Positions 17,850-25,621 of a stretch of 64,000 nucleotides of DNA are shown here, piece after piece; position 1 is the first letter of the stretch; each line of letters begins with the position of its first letter. This DNA is from a virus. The position numbers and the translations under genes are program-made. The stretch covers positions 1 through 64,000 of the IMG/VR virus record IMGVR_UViG_3300043446_003177, one strand, 5' to 3'. The notes under the pieces are model-generated. The model searched no databases and was not told the DNA's origin. It was given only the letters and a program-made list of their open reading frames with translations.

Positions 17850-18529
17850 TGTTTAAACATATTGAATTAGATCTTCCTCAACTTGAAAGAGAAACAATTG
17901 ATGGTGTTCGTTATTACAAAGTCCCTGATGATGGAGAACTGCTTCGGTTAGTCTCCATCACTTCCGTAACAAGTCATAAAAACCGTAAGTTTTTTGCGGA
18001 GTGGCGAAAAAAAGTAGGGGAAAAGGAAGCGGATAGGATTACAAAAGCCGCAACAAGTCGTGGTACAGATATGCACACACTTGTTGAAATGTATTTGAAG
18101 AATGAAGAGTTACCAAAAAACATTCTTCCAATTTCCCAAACTCTTTTTCAAATTGCAAAGAAAGATTTAAGGAATATAAATAATATCTATGCACTTGAAA
18201 GTTCTTTATACAGTAAGTTTTTAGGAATTGCTGGAACTGTAGACTGTATCGCAGAATATAACGGCGAACTCGCTATTATTGATTTTAAAACATCAAAAGC
18301 ACCAAAACCAAGAGATTGGATAGAACACTATTTCGTGCAATGCTGCGCCTATGCTTGTATGTTGCATGAAATGACCGGACTATCAGTCAAAAAATTTGTT
18401 ATTATTATGTCTTGTGAAAACGGAGAATCCATTGTTTATGAAGAGTATGACAAAACAAAATACATTAAGTTACTCACCCAGTATATTAGAGAGTTTATTC
18501 AATCCAAGCTCGAGCAGTATGGAACATGA
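17849..18529 (+). CDS. PD-(D/E)XK exonuclease (Cas4/RecB-like)
   Basis: RGTDMH, AGTVDCIAEY, IIDFKTS, YFVQ..AY. Confidence 0.85.
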   Translation: MFKHIELDLPQLERETIDGVRYYKVPDDGELLRLVSITSVTSHKNRKFFAEWRKKVGEKEADRITKAATSRGTDMHTLVEMYLKNEELPKNILPISQTLFQIAKKDLRNINNIYALESSLYSKFLGIAGTVDCIAEYNGELAIIDFKTSKAPKPRDWIEHYFVQCCAYACMLHEMTGLSVKKFVIIMSCENGESIVYEEYDKTKYIKLLTQYIREFIQSKLEQYGT

Positions 18530-18782
18530 ATTAGAGTTAGAAAAAGCATTAGAAAGTAAGTTTTTTTGCCCATCAAAATTTTCACAGGAGATTGAATCTC
18601 TCGTGAAAAATAATAATGAGATGAATTACATCGACGCAATCATTTATTTTTGTGAACTTAATAGTCTTGATCTGGAGTCGGTTCCGAAACTAATTTCAAA
18701 ACCACTCAAAGAAAAAATAAAGTATGATGCGATGGAGTTGAATTTCTTGAAGAGAACTTCCAGAGCAAAATTAGTTTTTTAA
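18519..18782 (+). CDS. Late transcription coactivator gp33
   Basis: NYIDAIIYFCE...ISKPLKEKIKYDAMELNFLK; synteny before gp59 and gp32. Confidence 0.8.
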   Translation: MEHELELEKALESKFFCPSKFSQEIESLVKNNNEMNYIDAIIYFCELNSLDLESVPKLISKPLKEKIKYDAMELNFLKRTSRAKLVF

Positions 18783-18837
18783 TCCATTTTTGGTCGAAAA
18801 AAACTCCCGGCAAAAATTGCTATATTACTTTTTTGAG

Positions 18838-19425
18838 ATGATGCCTTTTGATTGCTATAAGAATTACATTGCCCTAAAAAATCATTTTACAAGAGATAAT
18901 TACGATTATTATAAGTATTGTGGGAAAAGCAGGGCAAGTCTTCAATCCTTTTACAAAAGAAAGGATAGATTTTGGTTTGAAAAAATTTCTCGACAAAAAA
19001 CAGATAAAGAAATTGAAGAATTTTTTGTGTCTAATTTTGTTTCCTGTTCTGATCCAGAGTCACTTTGGATTGGTGAGATAATTAGGAACGGGGAATCAAG
19101 TTACACTGAATGGAAGAAAAAAATACAATCTCTTTCTTATATCTTTAAAGAAGAATCTGAAAAATTGTTTAGCGAAAATAAATTGGATGATGTTTTTGAC
19201 TGTTCCAGAGGTCATCCACCTGTTCTTAAAAAGTTCCTGAGCGGGAAAATTAGCCTAGAAACGCTAGTCATATACGATAAAATATTCCTGTTCGGGAAAA
19301 ACTTTGATAAGAAATTGAACGATCCGGTGTGGGAAACCGTCAGTCGTAGAATTAAAAAATATAACCCATTTCTAAATATTGATGTACCGAGATATAAAAA
19401 AATACTTAGGGAGTGTATTTTATGA
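18838..19425 (+). CDS. Helicase loader gp59
   Basis: Y.ALKNHFT...YDYYKY.GK...FYKRKD; ISLETLVI. Confidence 0.85.
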   Translation: MMPFDCYKNYIALKNHFTRDNYDYYKYCGKSRASLQSFYKRKDRFWFEKISRQKTDKEIEEFFVSNFVSCSDPESLWIGEIIRNGESSYTEWKKKIQSLSYIFKEESEKLFSENKLDDVFDCSRGHPPVLKKFLSGKISLETLVIYDKIFLFGKNFDKKLNDPVWETVSRRIKKYNPFLNIDVPRYKKILRECIL

Positions 19426-19763
19426 GTTTTTTTGATTCTGAAGTTGTTCGTTCGGAAATGACCGAAATTGCGGAACTTCAAGAGGAAGTATATCGAAGTG
19501 TTTTTGGTTTTCCTTCGATGATGAAGGAAGACAAGATAAAGCACGTTGAGTTACTTCAAAAACTCTTAGATAAGCAAAGAATTCTTTACACTCGTTTAAG
19601 TCTATCTGATGATCCAGAAGCTAAAAAAATGAAATCTCGTATTATGCAGTCTGCTCAGATGATGGGACTTCCCCAAAATGTTGATATGAACGTCATATTT
19701 AACAATATGACTCAAGTCATCGAGAGCATGAGGAAGCAGATTGACAAGTTTGACTCCTTCTGA
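19422..19763 (+). CDS. DUF1825-like conserved protein
   Basis: MSFFDSEVVR...LYTRLSLSDDPEA. Confidence 0.7.
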   Translation: MSFFDSEVVRSEMTEIAELQEEVYRSVFGFPSMMKEDKIKHVELLQKLLDKQRILYTRLSLSDDPEAKKMKSRIMQSAQMMGLPQNVDMNVIFNNMTQVIESMRKQIDKFDSF

Positions 19764-19769
19764 TAAGAT
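19741..19769 (+). promoter_or_regulatory. Sigma70-like promoter for gp32
   Basis: TTGACA-17 nt-TAAGAT. Confidence 0.6.
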
Positions 19770-19816
19770 ACAACAGGTACACAAAAGCCAAATCCACCGT
19801 AATCCGTATTAATCCA

Positions 19817-20785
19817 ATGTCTTTTAACGATCTTAAAAAGCAATCTAGTATTGGTTCTCTGACTCAAAAACTTGTGAAAGAAGTTGAGAAGATGAACAAT
19901 ACTTCGTCAATGTCTGATGACCGTCTCTGGAAACCAGAGATGGACAAAACTGGAAACGGTTATGCCGTAATTCGTTTCCTTCCCGCACCTGAGGGAGAAG
20001 ATCTTCCTTGGATCAAAATGTACAGTCATGGATTCCAAGGTCCTGGCGGTTGGTATATCGAAAATTCTCTGACTACAGTTGGTCAGAAAGATCCTGTTTC
20101 TGAGTACAATCGTGGACTCTGGAACAGTGGAAGTGAGAAAGATAAAGAAACTGTCCGTAAGCAAAAGCGTAAACTGTCTTACTACAGCAACATCTACGTT
20201 GTAAAAGATCCTGCAAATCCCGCAAACGAAGGTAAAGTCTTCCTGTTCAAGTATGGTAAGAAAATCTTCGACAAAGTGATGGCTGCAATGCAACCAGAAT
20301 TTGAAGATGAGACCCCTATTAATCCTTTTGATTTCTGGCAGGGTGCAAACTTCAAACTGAAGATTCGTAAGGTTGATGGTTATTGGAACTACGATAAGTC
20401 CGAATTTGATCGTTCCAGTCCTCTCCTTGACGACGATGATGCTCTGGAAGCAATCTGGAAAAAAGAGTATTCTCTGACTGCACTTGTTGCTCCCGATCAA
20501 TTCAAAACATACGAAGAACTTGAAAAGCGTCTTCAGTATGTTCTGGGACAAAAAGGTACTCCTCGCAACCAACATCTGGAGGAAGAGGAAGAGTATGATT
20601 CTTATCTTCCGAAAGAAACAAAGGAAGATCGTGTGATCCAAGAACTTGAGGAATCCTACCAGCGTAGTAAAGCAGTTCCTTCAGTTCCCGAAAGCATGAA
20701 AAAGGAATTGAGCAATCTCTCTTCTCAATCTGACGATGATGAAGATGACGCTCTGAGTTATTTTCAGAAACTTGCAGAAAGTTAA
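19817..20785 (+). CDS. Single-stranded DNA-binding protein gp32
   Basis: GNGYAVIRFLP, WYIENSLTT, KYGKKIFDK, GANFKLK, NYDKSEF; acidic C-tail. Confidence 0.95.
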   Translation: MSFNDLKKQSSIGSLTQKLVKEVEKMNNTSSMSDDRLWKPEMDKTGNGYAVIRFLPAPEGEDLPWIKMYSHGFQGPGGWYIENSLTTVGQKDPVSEYNRGLWNSGSEKDKETVRKQKRKLSYYSNIYVVKDPANPANEGKVFLFKYGKKIFDKVMAAMQPEFEDETPINPFDFWQGANFKLKIRKVDGYWNYDKSEFDRSSPLLDDDDALEAIWKKEYSLTALVAPDQFKTYEELEKRLQYVLGQKGTPRNQHLEEEEEYDSYLPKETKEDRVIQELEESYQRSKAVPSVPESMKKELSNLSSQSDDDEDDALSYFQKLAES

Positions 20786-21453
20786 CTGAATAGTCTGATA
20801 TTATCAGCTCTCTTCTGGGTTTCACTCAAATATTGGGTGGAACCCTCTTTATATGGCATGATCTGATCCAGATCATTTAGTACTACGTTTAGATATCTAG
20901 ATTTTAGTACATAGATGTTTCTTTTTTTATCTTCTAACTTATTCTCATATTCAAAATAAGTGACTGGCCTTGTAATGTTATTTTTAAAGGTATCGATACC
21001 TAGACCAGAATCATAAAATTGAACTTCAAAATTTTTATCAACGACTAGACCTTCTGGTATTATGACTTGACCATCAGACGAAGTTACTTCGATAGTTTCA
21101 TAATGCTTTGTTTCGTATGAATTTTCTAAAGATCCGTATTTTTGATCAATAAATTTATAAAATGCATCATGAGTTAGTGGCCATTCTGTGTATATATTTT
21201 GAATATTGTTGCATAGTAAGATTACCCAATCTAACGTTGGATCTTCATATAACTCATATGCAACATTGTCTGGACGATTGTCGCCAATGATTTTATACTT
21301 GGTAAAAAAACTTAAGTCCTGAATAATATCTTCACGGATCTTTCCTCTTTTGAAAAGATTTTTTACAGCAATATAATCTGATATATTTTTTTTATCAGTT
21401 GTTCTACTAATGTAGTCGAAATCTGGAACTTTTCTGAAATAAGGGTTAGCCAT
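20782..21453 (-). CDS. Baseplate wedge subunit gp53
   Basis: YF...PDFDY, RPDNVAYELY...DWVILLCNNI, EWP, YE...EDKKRNIYVLK. Confidence 0.85.
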   Translation of the reverse strand: MANPYFRKVPDFDYISRTTDKKNISDYIAVKNLFKRGKIREDIIQDLSFFTKYKIIGDNRPDNVAYELYEDPTLDWVILLCNNIQNIYTEWPLTHDAFYKFIDQKYGSLENSYETKHYETIEVTSSDGQVIIPEGLVVDKNFEVQFYDSGLGIDTFKNNITRPVTYFEYENKLEDKKRNIYVLKSRYLNVVLNDLDQIMPYKEGSTQYLSETQKRADNIRLFS

Positions 21454-21454
21454 T

Positions 21455-22858
21455 TTAGAATCCTACACTACCTTCGTCGCCATACTCATCATCATATACT
21501 GGTTCAAGTTCACTGAAAGTCAGACTCATTTCATATGCAGTCATTGATGGAATTTCAGAGAAAGTCATATAAGTTTGATCTGGAACGTAATTCACGCTAC
21601 AACTTAGTAAAGCACATTCTTTAATTTTACCAATATAAGGATGATCCTTATTATTATTTAAGTATTGTATGATGAAAGTATTTGGAGCTTTGAGGAATAG
21701 TTCAGATTTTCCTCTTTTTACAGACATTCCTTGCTTGAAAAATCTGATTATTTTTCTAACTTCTTCTGCTTCTTCTTTGAATCTTGGAGTCATTCTGAAT
21801 GTGAATGAGAACTGTCTTAGTTGAGGTCCATTGAATAGAAGTTCTAGGTTTGGGTTTAAAATTGCTCCCGACGTTCTGGAAAGTAAGTTTTGAGCACCTA
21901 CTGCTTCACCAGCAAAGTGAACCGCTAATGCTTTTTGAATGTCTGCTTTACTATTACCAACCAAATCAACCAATTCTTGCCCACTTGCAGCAGCACCCTG
22001 TCCAATACCACCAGTAATCATATCTGCAGATGCGGATGCTCCCATTGCTTGCATTGGATTTATTCCGCTTCCTGCCCAATCGACAGTGTTTGTATCCATT
22101 GCACCCTGAATCGGTAGAATTGCACTACCAATCGCGTCTTTTAGACGTGCTTCATTTCCTCCTCTAGATGCAAATCCAGTTCCCTCCGATATTTTGCTAG
22201 ATGAAAGAGGTTTTGCTGAATATTTGAGCATTGAAAATTTCATACAATCTTGAATTTTCAAATCAATGTTTCTTGGATATTTGTAGTTTCCGTATGATCC
22301 TCTTGTTCCTTGATTATCTCCAATTGATACATTGATATCTTTCATCTTTGATGAATCAAACCCACCATTTCCAGATGAAGATCCTGCTTTTTGAGTATCT
22401 TTATTTGTTGGAGATGCGTTTGCGAGACTACTTTTATATTCTGATGAATTTTTTACTGCATCTGTTGTTCCAGTTTTAGTCATTAATGTTGATGCAGCAC
22501 TTTTGCTGTTATTTTGTAAAGTTGCTAACCCAGAATCCCCATAACTTGCCTTGATTTGATCATAACCAGAAAGTTTGGTAACATTTCCAGAAGAATCGAC
22601 AGACATTACAGGAAGTCTACTTCCACCCACATTGAAATATTGTCCAGTTACTTGATTTTGCAACCCTGTAGATATTTGCGGAGCATTAGCATAGACTATT
22701 CTATCTCCTGTTTGAGGATTTACCGAATAAGTATAATTTAAGTTTGGATTTGCTCCTGGATTAGCTGAACTTTTTGTTACTGACCTAAATTCGGCTGAAT
22801 AATAACCATTATTTCCATCTTTAACCCAACCTGCAGGAATAGTAGTCGGTGTCGCCAT
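21455..22858 (-). CDS. Baseplate tail-tube cap gp48
   Basis: NPNLELLFNGPQLRQFSFTF.MTPR...EA, YEMSLTFSELEP. Confidence 0.8.
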   Translation of the reverse strand: MATPTTIPAGWVKDGNNGYYSAEFRSVTKSSANPGANPNLNYTYSVNPQTGDRIVYANAPQISTGLQNQVTGQYFNVGGSRLPVMSVDSSGNVTKLSGYDQIKASYGDSGLATLQNNSKSAASTLMTKTGTTDAVKNSSEYKSSLANASPTNKDTQKAGSSSGNGGFDSSKMKDINVSIGDNQGTRGSYGNYKYPRNIDLKIQDCMKFSMLKYSAKPLSSSKISEGTGFASRGGNEARLKDAIGSAILPIQGAMDTNTVDWAGSGINPMQAMGASASADMITGGIGQGAAASGQELVDLVGNSKADIQKALAVHFAGEAVGAQNLLSRTSGAILNPNLELLFNGPQLRQFSFTFRMTPRFKEEAEEVRKIIRFFKQGMSVKRGKSELFLKAPNTFIIQYLNNNKDHPYIGKIKECALLSCSVNYVPDQTYMTFSEIPSMTAYEMSLTFSELEPVYDDEYGDEGSVGF

Positions 22859-22870
22859 TATGGGTTTATA

Positions 22871-23239
22871 CTACCTTTTATTATACCAACTATTTAGATG
22901 GTATTTTCCATATCTAAGTTCAATTAGATCACTTAGTTCTTCTTTATTTACTTTATAAAAATTACTTTTGACTGATTCCCACGAGTAACTTTTATCAGAT
23001 TTCCAATGAAAATTATATCCTCTAAATCCCCATTCTTTTATGTCCATTATTGCTATTAATGGATACTGATCATATTCTTTTTGCTTTGATATTGGGGAAT
23101 ATTTAAATGTATAATATTTTCCTATTTGTGGAATATTTTCCGTGACGTTCAATACATTAAAAATTTCATTTATTAATTCCTGATTAGTTTCATAATTATA
23201 TAAGTTATTCTTAATGTATTGAATCCGATTAATCGCCAT
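22871..23239 (-). CDS. gp2-like (DNA end protector) small protein
   Basis: GKYYTFKY...YDQYPLI...GFRGYNFHW; position next to gp4. Confidence 0.55.
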   Translation of the reverse strand: MAINRIQYIKNNLYNYETNQELINEIFNVLNVTENIPQIGKYYTFKYSPISKQKEYDQYPLIAIMDIKEWGFRGYNFHWKSDKSYSWESVKSNFYKVNKEELSDLIELRYGKYHLNSWYNKR

Positions 23240-23690
23240 CTTTGATTCCTAGTTCTTTTTCTGTTATGATTTTAAATTCTAAACCTCTATCTAAACACCA
23301 CTCCTTTGCTGCTCTCCACTTTGCCTTATTTTTTTCGTAAGTTAAAGCTTCAGTAATAAGTGTTTTTCTTTTCTTTTTCCCCGCTACAGGTGGTACAGTT
23401 TGTTTTTGAGGTTTCACTTCAATTAAATATTTTTTAATTTTTCCACTACTTTCTTTTAATTTCACAATAAAGTCTGGAAAATATCTACGAACTTTATTCG
23501 TAGTTGGATCAAGGTAAGGAATAAAAAACTCTTCACTACCCCACTCTAATATCGCGGTATTTCTATCACAGTATCTCATAAATTTGAGTTCCCAAGAACT
23601 CCTGTAAATAATATTATGAGGATCTCCTTTATATTTTTCTGGGTTTTGTGGGTTGAATTTTCCTTGATAGTATTTTGAGTCACGAGGCAT
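23229..23690 (-). CDS. Head completion nuclease gp4
   Basis: YRSSWELKFM, WGSEE..IPY, YFPDF, IEVKP, N.AKW.AA, FKIITEKEL. Confidence 0.9.
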   Translation of the reverse strand: MPRDSKYYQGKFNPQNPEKYKGDPHNIIYRSSWELKFMRYCDRNTAILEWGSEEFFIPYLDPTTNKVRRYFPDFIVKLKESSGKIKKYLIEVKPQKQTVPPVAGKKKRKTLITEALTYEKNKAKWRAAKEWCLDRGLEFKIITEKELGIKDGD

Positions 23691-23754
23691 ATTGATAATT
23701 TGTAAATACTTGTCTACATAATATATAAGCAATAAAATATTTATAAATTTATAC

Positions 23755-24672
23755 ATGGCTCAGTCTATCCAGACACCAGCAGTAAGACCAAGAAAAATGT
23801 CGGACATTAAGTCCGCACTACTTCAACCAGCTTTAACTAATAATTTTGAAGTTTATATTTCAACTCCAGAAGGAGTTAAAAGTATTCTTCCTCCAAATGG
23901 ATTAGTTGATGATCCAGACAAACTTATTCTATCTTGTTCCGAAGCAAGTCTTCCTGGATCTTCAATCGCAACACATGAAATTACTAATGATTTTTCTGGG
24001 GTTACTGAAAGGCATGGATATAGAAGATTGTATGATGATAAAGCAGACTTTACTTTCTATGTTGATAGGAACTACTATCAGATTAGATACTTTGAGGCGT
24101 GGTTGAGATACATTGTAAACGAGCAGGTTAGTACGGGAACTGGAAACGATATTAGAAGGAATTCTTACACTTATCGAGTAAACTGGCCTACGTTATATCA
24201 AACATCAATCGTCATTACTAAATTTGAAAAAGATTATGGAGCATCTTATGGTATAAACAATACCAAGTTAGCTTATCAGTTTATTAATGCCTTTCCAACA
24301 AGCATTAATTCTATGCCTGTTACTTATGAATCAGCAAGTTTGTTGAAGTGTACAGTTTCTTTTTCTTATTCTAGATACTTTGTCGATAAGGTAGCGGCAA
24401 CGGCTATTCAACCTCAGCAATCTCCTCCGGCTGCACCTTCACCTGGAAATCCAGATGTGCCTAAAAGCAATAATCCTGCAGTTGATGATAACCTTGCTAT
24501 CTGGGCACTTTCTAATCAGAAGATGATTCAAAATCAAAATCGTGCTCCTGTTAATATTGAAAGTCAGAATCAAATTCTTGCGAATGCAAATGCAACATAT
24601 CCTCCAGGTTCTCCACAAAGAGCGCAGCTTTTACAAAAAGCACAATCGTATAATCCTAATGTTAAGTTCTAA
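23755..24672 (+). CDS. Tail tube-like / baseplate-tube initiator (gp19/gp54 family)
   Basis: CSEASLPGS, FTFYVD, FINAFP.SI..M...Y, CTVSFSY. Confidence 0.7.
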   Translation: MAQSIQTPAVRPRKMSDIKSALLQPALTNNFEVYISTPEGVKSILPPNGLVDDPDKLILSCSEASLPGSSIATHEITNDFSGVTERHGYRRLYDDKADFTFYVDRNYYQIRYFEAWLRYIVNEQVSTGTGNDIRRNSYTYRVNWPTLYQTSIVITKFEKDYGASYGINNTKLAYQFINAFPTSINSMPVTYESASLLKCTVSFSYSRYFVDKVAATAIQPQQSPPAAPSPGNPDVPKSNNPAVDDNLAIWALSNQKMIQNQNRAPVNIESQNQILANANATYPPGSPQRAQLLQKAQSYNPNVKF

Positions 24673-24713
24673 TATTAGGAATAAATAATCATACTGAATT
24701 TTTATAGGACATT

Positions 24714-25433
24714 ATGCCTTTACCAAAGATTTCTACACCAACATATGAGTTGGAATTGCCATCATCAGGAGAAACAATTCAATATAGACCATTTCTAGTA
24801 AGAGAAGAAAAACTTCTTGTTTTAGCATTAGAAAGTGAGGACACAAAGCAAATTACTACTGCTATTAAGACAGTAATTAAAAATTGTATTCTTACTAAAA
24901 ATATCAAAGTAGAAGCACTGCCTACTTTTGATATTGAGTATCTGTTCCTCAATATTCGTGGTAAGTCTGTTGGGGAAGAAGTTGAAGTAAATATAATTTG
25001 CCCAGACGATGAAGATACTTCAGTTCTAGTAAAAATTAATATTGATGACATTAAAGTTCAAAAGAACGAAGAACACTCTAAAGTAATTCAAGTTGATGAT
25101 TCTATTGCGATGGAAATGAGGTATCCATCACTTGATCAATTCATCAAGAATAATTTCGACATGAGTGGAAATACAAATGTAGAGCAATCTTTTGATTTGA
25201 TTGCTGCCTGTATTGATAAAGTTTATACTGAAGATGAGGCATGGTCATCTTCTGATGTTTCTAAGAAAGAGTTTTCTGATTTCTTAGATCAAATGAATTC
25301 TTCTCAATTCAAAAAGATTGAAAAGTTCTTTGAAACTATGCCTAGATTAACTCACAAAGTCAATGTTAAAAATCCTGTTACTGGAGTTGAGAGCGAAGTA
25401 GTGCTGGAGGGTCTTTCGAGTTTTTTCGCATAG
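24714..25433 (+). CDS. Baseplate hub assembly protein gp26
   Basis: MPLPKI.TPTYEL.LPS, YRPFLVREEK, DIEYLFLNIRGKSVGE, ends GLSSFFA. Confidence 0.9.
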   Translation: MPLPKISTPTYELELPSSGETIQYRPFLVREEKLLVLALESEDTKQITTAIKTVIKNCILTKNIKVEALPTFDIEYLFLNIRGKSVGEEVEVNIICPDDEDTSVLVKINIDDIKVQKNEEHSKVIQVDDSIAMEMRYPSLDQFIKNNFDMSGNTNVEQSFDLIAACIDKVYTEDEAWSSSDVSKKEFSDFLDQMNSSQFKKIEKFFETMPRLTHKVNVKNPVTGVESEVVLEGLSSFFA

Positions 25434-25444
25434 CCCTAGTCCAT

Positions 25445-25621
25445 ATGGACTTGGAGAATTATTATAAGTTAAATTTTTCGTTGGTTCAGTACCATAAATA
25501 CTCATTAACTGAGATTGAAAATTTAATGCCATGGGAAAGAGACATTTATGTTTCTTTATTGAAAAATCATCTAGAAGAAGAAAACGCAAGACAAATGGCA
25601 CAGCAAAATGGCGGTTGGTAA
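25445..25621 (+). CDS. Baseplate hub assembly catalyst gp51-like (58 aa); absent from the ORF track
   Basis: MDLENYYKLNFSLVQYHKYSLTEIENLMPWERDIYVSLL; reachable from gp26 in the -1 frame. Confidence 0.8.
   Translation: MDLENYYKLNFSLVQYHKYSLTEIENLMPWERDIYVSLLKNHLEEENARQMAQQNGGW

Noticed and set aside
17849-18529. cas4 as part of a CRISPR-Cas locus
   Set aside because: It is a stand-alone T4-like exonuclease in its usual phoH-gp33 context, with no other cas genes.
23229-23690. TnsA-like transposase or mobile element
   Set aside because: The fold is shared with gp4 head completion protein and the synteny fits gp4; no transposon ends or partner genes.
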